This document shows, one piece after another, positions 37,800 to 52,285 of a stretch of DNA of 64,000 nt. Position numbers and translations under genes: made by a program. The DNA is taken from NCBI RefSeq assembly GCF_006345805.1, contig NC_043008.1, positions 70,184,001 through 70,248,000 on the forward strand, written 5' to 3'. The notes below the pieces were generated by a model, which saw nothing but the letters and a program-made list of their open reading frames with translations, made no database searches and had not been told where the DNA came from. How positions within the stretch are numbered: position 1 is the first letter of the stretch; every line of letters begins with the position of its first letter. The DNA comes from Octopus sinensis (Eukaryota).

Positions 37800-38792
37800 T
37801 CAACTATAGGTACAAGGCCTGAAATTTGTGAGGGGTGGGGTATTAGTCAGTTACATCCCCTCATGTTTATTTCCCTGACCCTGAAAGGATTAAAGGCAAA
37901 GTCAGCCTTTGTGGAATTTGAACTTATAACATAAAGATGGGTGAAATGCTGCTAAGCATTTTGTCTGACATCCTAACACTTCTGCCAGTTCACTGCCTTA
38001 ATAACAACTAAATAAACAATGTTTTCAAGAACAGCAACACCTACGATAACAACAGCAAGGATAACAACAACAGCAACACCAATGATGATGGCGACAACAA
38101 CAATAATAAAATTGGCATCACCAAGAACAACAGCAACGTTGTTCTCATAACAAAACATTATTAAATCCAGTTTTCCACATGGATGGGTTTTTTTTTTGTG
38201 TGTGTCTAAGAACAATATTTTCTTTACATCAAGATGCAGTTCCTTCCATCACTAACCCCTAAATTGTAATGAGGAATATGTGAAACAAGAAAAACAAAAT
38301 TAAATATGAATTTTATTTGTTTATAGGATTACCAATCCATTGCAAGTTGTCATTGTGAAAATATCTATTTTATTATACATATCATCTCCATAACTACTAC
38401 ACATCTACTTCTATGCACATTGGATTTGAGTGTATAAAACTGTATAACTTACGTCATATGTATTTCATTATGCATTATCTACATAAGTATCTCTTATCTT
38501 ATACACACTGGACTTGACTGTATGAAACTTTCTGTTCCTAAAAATTATCTGTATTAAACACTTTTCATATCAAAACTTCTAATATTGGTTTCAAATTTTG
38601 GCACAAGGCCAACAGGAGGAGGGGTCAAGTCGATTACACCAACCCCAGTGTTCAACTGGTACATATTTTATCAACCCTGAAAGGATGAAAGGCAAAGTCA
38701 GCCTCAGAATTTGAACTCAGAGTGTAAAAATGGTGAAATGCTGCTCAGTGTTTTACCCAGCATGCTAACAATTCTGCCAGCTCACTGCCTTG
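37800..38792 (-). mobile_element. SINE B copies at about 37800-37998 and 38588-38792, with a degenerate (AAC)n tract between
   Basis: Family B motifs on the minus strand. Confidence 0.8.
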
Positions 38793-38811
38793 CCAAAACT
38801 CCAAATATTGC

Positions 38812-38999
38812 CTCTAGCTCTATGATACCAAGTTTCTGTTTTAAAGAGATCTAAATTAAAACCTTCCTTCAAAGTTTCATGTTATGTTCCAAATATCAAC
38901 TTAATAATGACCAATTTATTTTACTAAATTCTTCCTTATTTTAAAAATCAACAGAAACCAAGGTATATTTCAACAAAAATATAATAACAAAAGTGTTAA
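38812..38999 (-). mobile_element. Partial piggyBac-type MITE, second family
   Basis: Ends AAAAGTGTTAA (reverse complement TTAACACTTTT); the other terminus is lost. Confidence 0.35.
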
Positions 39000-39071
39000 A
39001 TATAACTGATCTCCATAGCCATCTTGCATATATCTGTTTATACACATTGAATTTTTTTAATGCACACCCTA

Positions 39072-39540
39072 CCATGCTTGTATGGATCAAATGCAATTTG
39101 TTGAGGCAGATTTTCTATGGCCACGTTCCCTTCCTGTCACCAGCCCTCATTTATTTCCAAGCTACATAATATTTCATGATGAGTGAACCTGTTTGCACAA
39201 AAGACTGGAAACAAAAGAAAGAGTGATGCTTGTTTACAACTGTCATGTAATGTGACAACTAATACATACACATGCACCATTTCACACACACACACACACA
39301 CATCTTGATAACCATCACCATCATTTAACTCTACTTTTCCATGCTTGCTTGCATGACACAGACAGAATTTGTTGAGGCAAATTTTCTACAGATGTCCATC
39401 CTGTTGCCAACCCTCATTTGTTTCTGAACAAAGTAATATTTCCCCATGTTAGACTAGTTTCCCATGAAAGACTGTAAATGAGTAAACTCATATGATGTGA
39501 TGCTCATTTACAACCATCATGTGATATCAAAACAAGGACA
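39072..39540 (-). mobile_element. Two tandem copies of a family C variant (related segment at about 44960-45155)
   Basis: AATTTGTTGAGGCA(G/A)ATTTTCTA...CCTGT(C/T)(A/G)CCA(G/A)CCCTCATTT..GACTG(G/T)AAA occurs twice, about 260 bp apart. Confidence 0.6.
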
Positions 39541-39619
39541 CAAACATATACATTTACACACATACATTTTATGCATGTGTGTTGTGTCTATCCATATATG
39601 TGTACACACAAACACACTT

Positions 39620-39750
39620 GATGGGCTTCCTTCAGTTTCCATCTACAAAATCCATTTGTAAGGCTTTGGTCAATACTTACCCAAAGTACTATGCAGTGGC
39701 CTGAACTTGAGACCATATGATTTGGAAGGAGGCTTCTTAATCACACAGCC
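39620..39750 (-). mobile_element. SINE A 5' half, internally deleted
   Basis: GATGGGCTTCCTTCAGTTTCCATCTAC...CTTCTTAATCACACAGCC. Confidence 0.75.
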
Positions 39751-40895
39751 TATAGCCATGCATGTATCTGTGGAATAATTGAAAAATCCATGATTACAAA
39801 TTCTGTATGACATGGTTGTCACATAACTTACTCATACACATTCTAGATTTAAAACTACATGAAAATTTTGTGTAAACACCAAAAAATTCCTTCTGTTATT
39901 TACTAGATGTCTATAAAATCAGGGTTACATATTCTAACAAAAGAGCATTATTAAATGTCTGTTCCAAGGTTTAAACACAAAACTAGACTGTTTTTAATGC
40001 AACACATTACCCACAAAAGACAAAATAAAATAACATTAAATCTCTGAATAAATAGATAAGTCTGTATAATGTCTGATATAGCCCTGTTGCTCTGCTTATT
40101 ACACATCAATATTGTTGTATTTTCCATGCATGAGAGCAGCAGTGAGACTACAAGCAAAATTAGAAGACTAGTTATGTATTAAAGAAATATAATTGCAGAA
40201 GTGATAGTGGTCGGATAATCTCTAGAGATTAAGATAACTGTAATTAGCTGCTCCTGATTACAACAGACTTTCAATAGTCTTGCATGTAAATAGTAAGTTG
40301 GCTGACAGATATAAATAATGTTAACCTGTAATTTGATGCTTGATTTTTACATTAACGAGGAGTTGTTTACCTGCCTTTCCCTCTGTCTGTCCCATTCTCT
40401 CTGTATCTCTCTTACTTTGTCTGCCTGTCTATCTATATATGTATGTGTGTGTGTGTAGGCATATATATATGTACTATACAAACACTGACAAACATTGTAA
40501 TTTTCGATCAAAAACCGAGGATACAGCTTGATGAAAGGAGGAATCAATACCTTGTGTATGCAGAATCTGTACATATTTCAACAATGAAATGGCTGCAAAC
40601 AAATGTACAGTGGCTTGAATACATCATTGCATCTTGTCAAAGGTCTAAAAATTATTAGACCTTTGACCAAACGCAATGATGTATTAAAGCAATTATACAT
40701 TTGTTAGCTTTCCTTTCATATATGTGTTTGTGTTTGAATGTGCACATATGAATATGTGTATGTACGTATATATTTATACACATGTGTGTATTTTCCATAT
40801 GTGTGTGTACATAAAATGGCCCAGGCATGAGCAAGTGGTTAAGAAGTTTACTTCTAATCACATGGTTTCAGGTTCTGTTCCTGGAGATACTTAAT

Positions 40896-41981
40896 ATTTT
40901 ACTTGTTTACACATTTCATACATGCAGCTGCGGCCATGTTGGAGCACCACTGTGGTCTTTCTGATTTCCTCAGTCTGAGGTGTTTCACATCACCACCCCT
41001 GTAAGTGCCCTTGTCCCAGCTGTTGGTTCATTTAGTGTATAATGGAGTTTGATTCCGCTGCCCTCGTCTGTACCTCAAGTCAGGCTGTTGGTTCATCTGG
41101 TATTGTGGAGAGGAGGATGTCTAGTTCCTTTTTGAAGACATCTATTTCCACCTTATGCAGATTTCTTAATTTTTGCAGTAGGGCATTGAAGAGCTGTGCG
41201 CCTTTGAACCCTTGACTATTGCAATATCTGGTACTGAATTTAGATGGAGTGGATGGTACCTTTGGTATAATAAAATGACGGCCAGTTCTGGCATTTGTAT
41301 AACAGTCAATGTCAAAGTAAAGTACTAGCCCTTCTACGATTTTCCATATGTATATTATTGCATATTTCTCACGCCTTCATTCCAGAGAGTAAAGTTGCAG
41401 TTTTCTCAGCCTATCCCTGTAGCTCATCCACTGTAATGTTTCAATCTTTTTAGTGTAGTGGCGTTGGACTGCTTCAAGCTCTGCTGTTAGTTTGGCCCTA
41501 TGTAGTGACCACAACTGGGAGCAGCAGTCCAAGTGACTGAGAACAAAGGTTTTCCACAGGGTCAACATAGTTTCTTGGTCTCTTATCTTGAAGGGCCTCA
41601 GTATCCACCCTGCTAGTTGTCTGCTCTTTGCTTCCATCTTGGTAATGTGCATAGGAAATAATGTGTCATTGCACATACTGGTCCCCCATGTCTTTCACTG
41701 CCTGTGACTCTGGGAGTGTAGTGCCTTCAGGTCCTATAAATGTAAATTGTACTGTATTTGGGAGTTGATAGTGCAGTGCTTGAAATTATCTAGCATTAAA
41801 CTGCATGTTGTTTATTTCAGTCGCCTTCCATATCAAATTCAGATCCTGTTGTAAGCTTGTGATGTCATCTTGATTTTTAATTTGCCTGTGATAATTTTGT
41901 GTCATCAGCATAGCTAGTGACAGTGGCTTTGGGCATATCTAAGAAGGCTATTATGGACAGTAATAGCCCCAGAACAGTTCC
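40896..41981 (-). mobile_element. 5'-truncated CR1-clade LINE (3' 1.1 kb), abutting a truncated SINE A head (40818-40883, +)
   Basis: GTVLG...SYADDTKLSQ RT motif, ETMLTLWKTFVLSHLDCCSQLWS...LRKLQLYSLE region; 3' tail GTGGTGCTCCAACATGGCCGCAG...AAACAAGTAAAA. Confidence 0.88.
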
Positions 41982-43869
41982 AATGTACTTATCCAATGTA
42001 CATTGGATAGTATCTTCTAATACAGTTCAAGGCTGATAAAGCTTTCTGAGCACATCTGGTAAGCAGATACAGGAAAAAAAATGCATGTCATATGTATGTG
42101 TGTGTATGTATGCTTGTGTGTGTATGCATATATATATATGCATGTATGTGTATGTGTGTGTGTGTATATATATGTGTGTATATTTATATGCATGTGTGTT
42201 TGTGTATATATATATATATATGCGTGTCTGTGTGTGTGTGTTTTTGTTTACATCTGCAGTTGCTTATTCAGAAGTCATGACATTTATGTGGTGGTGTTGT
42301 TGGCATTTCTCCTGTCAATAAATCATCCACTCTCTTTGTGCTTTCGAAACTGTGTGCTATGAGAGTTCTCTTACAAAGCATTTAAGAGCCAATGATGGGA
42401 GGGGTATCCAGTTGTAAAGCTTCAATTATATACTCATCTAATTTGTGCTATCATGAAAATTGATGTAAAATAAATAAATAAACATATATTACATTATATA
42501 TACATACATACCATACAATCATATACACATATGTCAGACAATTGTTTTCTTTTTTTTCATTTTCCTGTCTCATAAATTCACTCACAAGTGTTTGATTGGC
42601 CCTGGCAATTCAGCAAGATAGTCCTGTTGTTACAAGCATGAGGATCTAAGGATGATCTCCTTGTGTAGCATCTTGTGCAAATATCTTTTATGAAGGCCTC
42701 AGCTCAACCCAAGTGTTGTGAGAGCAGTCACTTACATGAAAACTGCTGAAGGTTTTTGGATGTATTGTTCCTGTGATCCATAGGAGCAGCCACATCACAG
42801 TCACTGTTTTTTTCCAAAGATTATGTTGTTAGGTTGGTTGTGTGTGAGTGATATAACAACACCTCAATTAATAGTAACTTTATTTCAATGCACAAATAAT
42901 TTTTGTGTTGGTCATGAATTAGAAATTGCAACAACAAAGCTTAAACACTGGAAAGAATATTATATAGCTCTTACAAATAGTTGACTGAAAAGACTCCATT
43001 ATTAAGCTGTCAAGACAGGAGAAAATATACATGCTAGGTTCATGATGGCAAACTGTGGCTGCTGTCTACAAGGTTGAGTAAATAGCCATTACAATGACTT
43101 TTAAAAGCAGCATGTGAATGAATTGGCTGATCTCTGTGCAAATATGCCTGGCAAGGCTGGAGGCATTTCACTCAGATGTCTTTGGAACTCTGCGAAGTTG
43201 GTGCTTGAAATGTGGCTATTAATAACCCTTGTAAAGAAATGTTTGAGGAGCTTCCAGAATGATCTATCACATAATGTCTGGCTACTGATTGGTCAATAAC
43301 TTAGCAGCTCATGTGAACAAGGTGTTGCTATGCTGTGATTTTAGCTTGGCAATTCATTGACTCAGATTTGAGTCTTGTTACAATTACACTGAAGGTACAG
43401 ATGCCTGTGGAATACTCGGCCATTTACACTATAAGATATGAATAAGTAATTCCTTCTAGAGCCTGATAAACCATCCATTTTAAAGTTTTTGTCTGTGTAT
43501 GTAATAGCATATGCTATACAGAGTTCACCTTACAAATGTTTACTTGTATTTCATTGCAGTCTTACACATAATATCATAAATGTATACACATATATTTGTA
43601 TATACATTTATCTAAATATCTACCCATTTATCCATTTATTTGTCTATTTGTTTGTATTTCTGTATGGTTGTGTGTGTGCATATATTTATGATATGTACTT
43701 CTAAAAGTAATGATGCATAAATAAAAACACACATATGTGGGTACATGTCTATAACTAACTTTCTTTCTATCTATCTGTCTGTCTATTGATATATATGTTT
43801 GTATGTGTGTATATGTATAATGCCTATCTTGACTATCTATCTGTCTATTTACCTATCTTTCCACATGTT

Positions 43870-43903
<34 letters not shown>

Positions 43904-43990
43904 ATATATATATATATATATATACACCAATGCAAAAAAAGAAGACAAAGAAAATTCATAGTGACTACATACATATGCATGTGTACATAC

Positions 43991-44039
<49 letters not shown>

Positions 44040-44667
44040 CACTATATTTATTAGTTATATGCACAGCATATTTAATACAAGATGGAAAAAGTATACACAC
44101 ACACACATTCATGTGTGTATATGCATATGTAATGTATGTGTCTCTACACACACAAGTTCACACTTGTGGTGGTAGCTAATAAAAAAAATGAATTCTTTGT
44201 TGTTTTAGAAGAGAACCAAAACATTTTTTTGTGGAAGGTAAATAAATATCAAAAGACGTATGAAATATCAAGCTGTGGTTGTTGGAGAATGTTACATAAT
44301 GCATTAATAGAAGGAGCAGGAGTGATCAGGTTTCAATACTGGCTAATTATCATATCAGGTGTAAACGTCTTTTTTATACAAGACAGTTGACATTAATGAA
44401 CACGTCCTTGCTTGGTAAAAATATCATCTTACACTCTATGTCGTACATATCTACATTGATCTGGGTTAAGGTGCTGAACGAGAATGTTCCATGTGAGATG
44501 TTGAAGTCATCACTGCATGCTAATGAGCGTTTGCCTTGAAGGGTTGTTCTGCAAGGGTGAGTGTTAAGAAAACATAGAATCTGTCAGCTAATAGGGTTGA
44601 TTGTTTTATTTCCACCAGTATTTGTAGCTTTGTGCCCACACACACCACCACCACCACCACAACCACT

Positions 44668-44930
44668 ATCATCATCATCATCACTTGGCATCTGTTCTCC
44701 ATGTTGGTATGGGTTAGATGGTTTGAATGGAACTGGTAATCTGGGGAGCTGCACCAAGCTCCAGTCATCAGTTTTTTTGGCTTGGATTCTATGGCTGGAT
44801 GCCTTTCCTAATGCCAAACACTCCATAGAGTGTACTGGATATCTTTTATGTGTCACTGGCACAGGTGCCTTTTATATGTCACCGACACTGGCCACGACTA
44901 CAATTTCACTTAGATTGACATGTCTTCTCA
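44668..44930 (-). mobile_element. Family C retroposon
   Basis: (CAT)n, TCCATGTTGGTATGGGTTAGA, GGATGCCTTTCCTAATGCCAAAC and internal TTTTATGTGTCACTGGCAC subrepeats. Confidence 0.75.
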
Positions 44931-45160
44931 ATCAAATCACCAGTCCTCATTATAATCACTTCAACATTTGCATTTACATGGGATTCATTTATGCAGGTTT
45001 TCTACAGCTGAATGCTCTTCCTGTCACTAAACCATTACCTATTTCCAAGCAAGGCGATATTTACCCATGGCCAGACATGATTCCCATTGAAGACTGGAAA
45101 CAAACGGTATTGCTTGACAGCTATACTTGTTTGCTACCATCATGTAATATCAAGAGAAGA

Positions 45161-45325
<165 letters not shown>

Positions 45326-45553
45326 TACAATAGGCACATGCATACATAGACATACATACAACAGGTTTCTTTTCCTTTCCATCAACCAAATCCATTCACA
45401 GGGCTTTGGTTGGCTCAGGGCTTAGCACCCAGCAGATTCTGTAAAGTGATTGGTGTTAGGAAGGGCCTCTAGCTGCAGAAACATGCTACAACAGACAATT
45501 GGATTCTGGCCAGCTCCCCGGCTGGCTAGCTCCTGTCAAACTGTCAAACCCAT

Positions 45554-45626
45554 GAGCATATGGTGTAGTGGTTAAGAGCACGGGCTACTAACCCCAAGAT
45601 TCCAAGTTCGATTCCAGGCAGTGACC
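45554..45626 (+). promoter_or_regulatory. tRNA-derived Pol III internal promoter (A box 45561-45571, B box 45605-45615); not a functional tRNA
   Basis: TGGTGTAGTGG and AGTTCGATTCC; D-arm and GGG-CTACTAA-CCC anticodon-like hairpin are present, but the acceptor stem does not pair. Confidence 0.75.
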
Positions 45627-45697
45627 TTAATAATAATAATAATAATAATATCGAAAAATACCTTAGGAATGAGAACCTAGGTTCGAAATTTTCCCAA

Positions 45698-45743
45698 GAC
45701 ACCTGATGAAGTCTGGAGGGTATAACAGCCGAAACATTGTGTT
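45698..45743 (+). ncRNA. Minimal type I hammerhead ribozyme motif of the Penelope-associated type; this copy is probably impaired
   Basis: GACAC-CTGATGA-A-GTCTG-gagggtataa-CAGCC-GAAAC-ATT-GTGTT: helix I GACAC/GTGTT, core CUGAUGA, helix II with one mismatch, GAAA, vestigial helix III (ACAT rather than palindromic ACGT). Confidence 0.7.
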
Positions 45744-45787
45744 AACAATAAAAAAGATGAGGACAAATACCCATCAATTGTAAATAA

Positions 45788-45911
45788 TGGGCCTTCTTTC
45801 AGTTTCCATCTACCAAACCACTCAGAAGACACTTGCTCAAGGTGCCACAGAGTGGGACTGAACCCAGAACCATGTGGTTGGGAAGCAAGCTTCTTACCAC
45901 GCAGCCATGCC
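45788..45911 (-). mobile_element. SINE A 5' part with internal deletion
   Basis: TTCTTTCAGTTTCCATCTACC...GAAGACACTTGCTCAAGGTGCCAC...CTTCTTACCACGCAGCCATGCC. Confidence 0.8.
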
Positions 45912-45962
45912 ATTCACACACATGCACACAGACATATTTAATACATATGTATGTGTATATAA

Positions 45963-46007
<45 letters not shown>

Positions 46008-46280
46008 CACACACATACATACACACTGTTCATACATGGATATATGTGTGTTTATATGTGAAAGCACTGATGGTTGTATTACGTAAAAGTTCTTTAGTTT
46101 ATATCAATCATAGGTAAGGACATAGTAAGGAACTTCATATACATATGAATAAATAAATATATATGCACACACACACATATACACATATGTACATTCATAC
46201 ATATATCCATACACGAAAACACACAGACACATACATTCATGTATATATATATACAGATATATACATGCAGGCTCACACAG

Positions 46281-46336
<56 letters not shown>

Positions 46337-46791
46337 CCATCATAATTTAACATCCTTTTTTTACATTTGGGTATTATATGTATGTGTGTGAGTGTGTATA
46401 CATATATACACATATATATTCTCACACATTTTATATACACCCAATTGTTAATCATCTGTAAGTATTTTAATGTTACCCTCATGGCAAATAAAAACAAATC
46501 ATCATCATGATCATCATCATTCACTTTATGTTCTAAGTTCTGGAGGGAGTCAAGTTTACTTTTATCTGTTCAGGATGTATGTACTAAATATCGGTGGACA
46601 CTGATGCCACGCAAACATTAATTTGTAAGTTAAGAGGAAACCAAACATCACATCTATATCTCATGTGTTAATATTTCAAAGACAAACTCTGCAACCCATT
46701 GGAATATTTAGTGTTTTCCAGAAAATATTACGTGAATATTCAGGACTATCAAAGATGCACTGAAATACTGGAATATCATTGACTGCAAATA

Positions 46792-47186
46792 GGCGCAGGG
46801 GTGGCTGTGTGGTAAGTAGCTTGCTAACCAATCACATGGTTCCGGGTTCAGTCCCACTGCGTGGCATCTTGGGCAAGTGTCTTCTGCTATAGCCCTGTCG
46901 ACCAATGCCTTGTGAGTGGATTTGGTAGACGGAAACTGAAAGAAGCCTGTCGTATATATGTATATATATATATATATGTATGTGTGTGTTTGTGTTTGTC
47001 CCCCTAGCATTGCTTGACAACCGATGCTGGTGTGTTTACGTGCCCGTCACTTAGCGGTTCGGCAAAAGAGACCAATAGAATAAGTGCTAGGCTTACAAAG
47101 AATAAGTTCCGGGGTCGATCTGCTCGACTAAAGGCGGTGCTCCAGTATGGCTGCAGTCAAAATGACTGAAACAAGTAAAAGAATAA
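46792..47186 (+). mobile_element. SINE A, best-preserved full-length reference copy
   Basis: A-box-like TGGCTGTGTGG, B-box-like GGTTCAGTCC, CORE-like ATCTTGGGCAAGTGTCTT, internal (TA)/(TG) repeat and tail GGCGGTGCTCCAGTATGGCTGCAGTCAAAATGACTGAAACAAGTAAAAGAATAA. Confidence 0.92.
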
Positions 47187-47368
47187 GCTGAGCAATATCA
47201 CTTTATTTCCTTGTAATATTTGGTAACAGTAACCACATCGGATACACACACATACACACATATGTGTCGCTGTATAATATATGTATATTATATGTTTAAA
47301 TGTTAACATTATAAATGCATATATTGTCAACATATGATACCATGTTTATGTGTGTGTATATGTATTTA

Positions 47369-47762
47369 CATCATCATCATCTGACATCCATTTTCCATAC
47401 TGGCATGGGTTGGACAGTTTGAGTGAAAACTGGTAAGCTGTTGAGCTGCACCAGGCTGCAATCTGATTTGGCTTGGTTTCTACAGCTGGGTGCCTGCCCT
47501 TCCTAATGCCAACCACTCTAAGAGTGTACTGTGTGCATTTTATAAGCCACCAGCATGGCTACTAGTTACATAACACCGGCATTGGCCATGACTATGATCT
47601 CACTTAGCTTGACAGCACGGTATATCACCAAAGAACTTGGTCACTTGTCACTGCCTCTGTGAGGCCCAAAGAAGTTCTTAGGATGCTTTTTATATGTCAC
47701 TGGCATGGGTGCCAGTGACCCGACACTGACATTGACCATGACTAGAATTTCGTTTGGCTTGA
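47369..47762 (-). mobile_element. Long family C copy with a diverged internal duplication
   Basis: (CAT)n tail at 47369; two related blocks containing GGCCATGACTA/GACCATGACTA near 47584 and 47733. Confidence 0.75.
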
Positions 47763-47810
47763 CAGGACATTTCAGCCTAAGGCCGTGACCATGCTGGAAC
47801 ACACTTGCAC

Positions 47811-47926
47811 ATATATATGAATATATATATGTATATATATATATATATATATATTATATATTATAATATATATATTTATATATATATTATAATATATATA
47901 TAATATATTATATATATATATAGATA

Positions 47927-47963
<37 letters not shown>

Positions 47964-48026
47964 TTATATATTATTTATATATATATATAATATATATATA
48001 TATATTTTATATAATATATTTATATC

Positions 48027-48098
<72 letters not shown>

Positions 48099-48654
48099 AT
48101 AATCTAGTTATATATATATTTTATATAGAATTTATATATAGATTTATATATATATTTATCTATATATGTATTTATATATTATATATAGATGTATATATAT
48201 ATATATTATAGATAATATTATTATATATATATATATTTATAATTATTATATATATATATAATATTATATATAGATTTATATATATATAATATTTATATAT
48301 ATAATAGATATATATATATGTATATTTTTATTATATATATATAATATATGTATATTTATATTTATATATATATATTTATATATATATATATTTTATATAT
48401 ATATATATATATTTTATATAATATATGTTATTATATATATATATTATATTATATAATATATTTATATATAGTATATATTATATATAGATGTATATATATT
48501 ATTAGATATTATTTATATATATGTATATATATATATGTATATATATATTTATATATATTTATATGTATATATATAGATATATATATATATATAAGATATT
48601 ATATATAGTTATATATTATATTATATATAATTATTATATATTTATATATATATT

Positions 48655-48689
<35 letters not shown>

Positions 48690-48751
48690 TATATGTAATA
48701 TATATAGATATATATAATATATTTATATATATTTATATATATTTATATATA

Positions 48752-48796
<45 letters not shown>

Positions 48797-48945
48797 TTAT
48801 ATCTATATATCTATATATATATCTATATATATATATATTTATATTATATATGTATATATATATATTATTATATATTATATATATATATTTATATATATAT
48901 ATATTATAATATTTATATATATAATATATATATTTATATATATAT

Positions 48946-49042
<97 letters not shown>

Positions 49043-49249
49043 ATATAATATATATATATTTTATATAATATATATATATATATATTATTATATATTATAT
49101 TATATATAATATATTTATATATATATATAATATATATAATATATATATATTTATATATATATTATTTATATATATATATAGTTATATATATAATATATGT
49201 ATATATATATATATTTATATATATATATTTATATATAATATTTATATAT

Positions 49250-49285
<36 letters not shown>

Positions 49286-49442
49286 TATAATTTATTATAT
49301 ATTATATATATGTATATGTATATATATATATTTTATATATGTGTTTATATATATGTATATATATATATATATATTTATAGTATATATGTTATATATATTA
49401 TATATATATATTTATATATGTATATATATATATTATAATATT

Positions 49443-49479
<37 letters not shown>

Positions 49480-51069
49480 TTATATATATTTATATATATA
49501 TATTTATATATATGTATATATATATATTTATATATATTTATATATATATATTTATATATATTTATATATATATATTTATATATATGGTTATATATATATA
49601 TTTATATATATTTATATATATATATTTATATATATGTATAATATATATATTTATATATATTTATATATATATATTTATATATATTATAATATATATATTA
49701 TATATATGTATATATATATATTTATATATATTTATATATATATATTTATATATATGTATATATTATATTTATATATATTTATATATATATATTTATATAT
49801 AGGTATATATATATATTTATATATATTTATATATATATATTTAATATATGTATATATATATATTATAATATGTTATTATATATATATTTATATATATTTA
49901 TATATATATATTTTATATATGTATATATATATATTTATATATATTTATAGATATATATATTTATATATATGTATATATATATTTTATAATGTATATATAT
50001 ATATTTATATATATGTATATATATATATTTATATATATGTATTTATATATATGTATATATGTATTATATATATTTATATATATATATTTATATATATGTA
50101 TATATATATATATTTAATATATGTATATATATTAATTTATATATATGTATATATATATTATATATATGTATATATATATATTATATATATGTATATATAT
50201 ATATTTATATATATGTTATTATATATATTTATATATATGTATATATATATATTTATATATATGTATATATATATATTATATATATGTATATATATATATT
50301 ATATATATGTATATATATATATTTATATATATGTATTTATATATATTTATATATATGTATATATATATATTATAATATTGTATATATATATATTTATATA
50401 TATGTATTTATATATATTTATATATATGTATTTATATATATTTATATATATGTATTTATATATATTTATATATATGTATATATATATTTATATATATGTA
50501 TATATATATATTATATATATGTATATATTATTATATGTATATATATTTATATATTATATATATATATGCGTATATATGTTTATATATATGCGTATATATG
50601 TTTATATATATGCGTATATATGTTTATATATATGCGTATATATGTTTATATATATGCGTATATATGTTTATATATATGCGTATATATGTTTATATATATG
50701 CGTATATATGTTTATATATATGCGTATATATGTTTATATATATGCGTATATATGTTATATATATGCGTATATATGTTTATATAATGCGTATATATGTTTA
50801 TATCTATGCGATAATGTTTATATATATGCGTATATATGTTTATATATATGCGTATATATGTTTATATATATGCGTATATATGTTTATATATATGCGTATA
50901 TATGTTTTTATATATGCGTATATATGTTTATATATTTGCGTATATATGTTTATATATATGCGTATATATGTTTATATATATGTGTATATATGTTTATATA
51001 TATGCGTATATATATTTATATATTTATATATATTATATAGATATATTTATATATCTATATATATATTTA

Positions 51070-51104
<35 letters not shown>

Positions 51105-51139
51105 ATATATTAATAATTTATATATATATATATATAATA

Positions 51140-51180
<41 letters not shown>

Positions 51181-51266
51181 ATTATTATATATATATATAT
51201 TATATATTAGATATATATTATATATATATATTATATATATATAATATATATTATATATATATAATA

Positions 51267-51320
<54 letters not shown>

Positions 51321-51483
51321 ATATATATATTATATATATATACTATATTATATATATTATATATATTATTATATAATATATATTTATTATATATATATAG
51401 ATTATATTTATAATATATATATATATATATATATTTATATTATAATATATATATATATATATATATAGTATATATATATATAT

Positions 51484-51549
<66 letters not shown>

Positions 51550-51566
51550 TTATATATATATATATT

Positions 51567-51600
<34 letters not shown>

Positions 51601-51675
51601 ATAGCTATATATATTTAATGTATATTATATATATATTTATATTATATATATATTATATATATATATCGATATTTA

Positions 51676-51736
<61 letters not shown>

Positions 51737-51985
51737 ATATTCATATATATTTATATTTATATATATATATATATATTTATATTTATAATATATATATAAT
51801 TATATTTATATTTATATATATATATATATATAATTTATATGTTATATTATATTATATATTATTATATTTATATAATATATATATTATTTATATTTATAAT
51901 ATATATTATATATATTTATATTTATATATATATATATATAATATATATATTTATATATATATATATATATATATTGATATTATAA

Positions 51986-52017
<32 letters not shown>

Positions 52018-52040
52018 ATATATAGATAATATATTTATAT

Positions 52041-52079
<39 letters not shown>

Positions 52080-52099
52080 ATTATATATATATATATTTA

Positions 52100-52144
<45 letters not shown>

Positions 52145-52197
52145 ATATATATATTATATATTATATTATATAATATATATATATATATTTATATTTA

Positions 52198-52230
<33 letters not shown>

Positions 52231-52253
52231 ATATATATATATATATATAGTTA

Positions 52254-52285
<32 letters not shown>

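Noticed and set aside
44240-44340. SCGCWRML as a possible RTE remnant
   Set aside because: Too short and degenerate to support.
45554-45626. Possible tRNA gene with anticodon ACT
   Set aside because: Acceptor stem does not pair and the T stem is mismatched; treated as a SINE-type head.
50560-51010. Regular repeats as a CRISPR-like array (also the SINE B arrays)
   Set aside because: No unique spacers, no cas genes and a eukaryotic context; these are a tandem minisatellite and SINE clusters.
48348-51113. Long ORFs of up to 468 aa rich in Y/I
   Set aside because: Translation of (TA)n-derived repeats that happen to lack stops; no coding signal.
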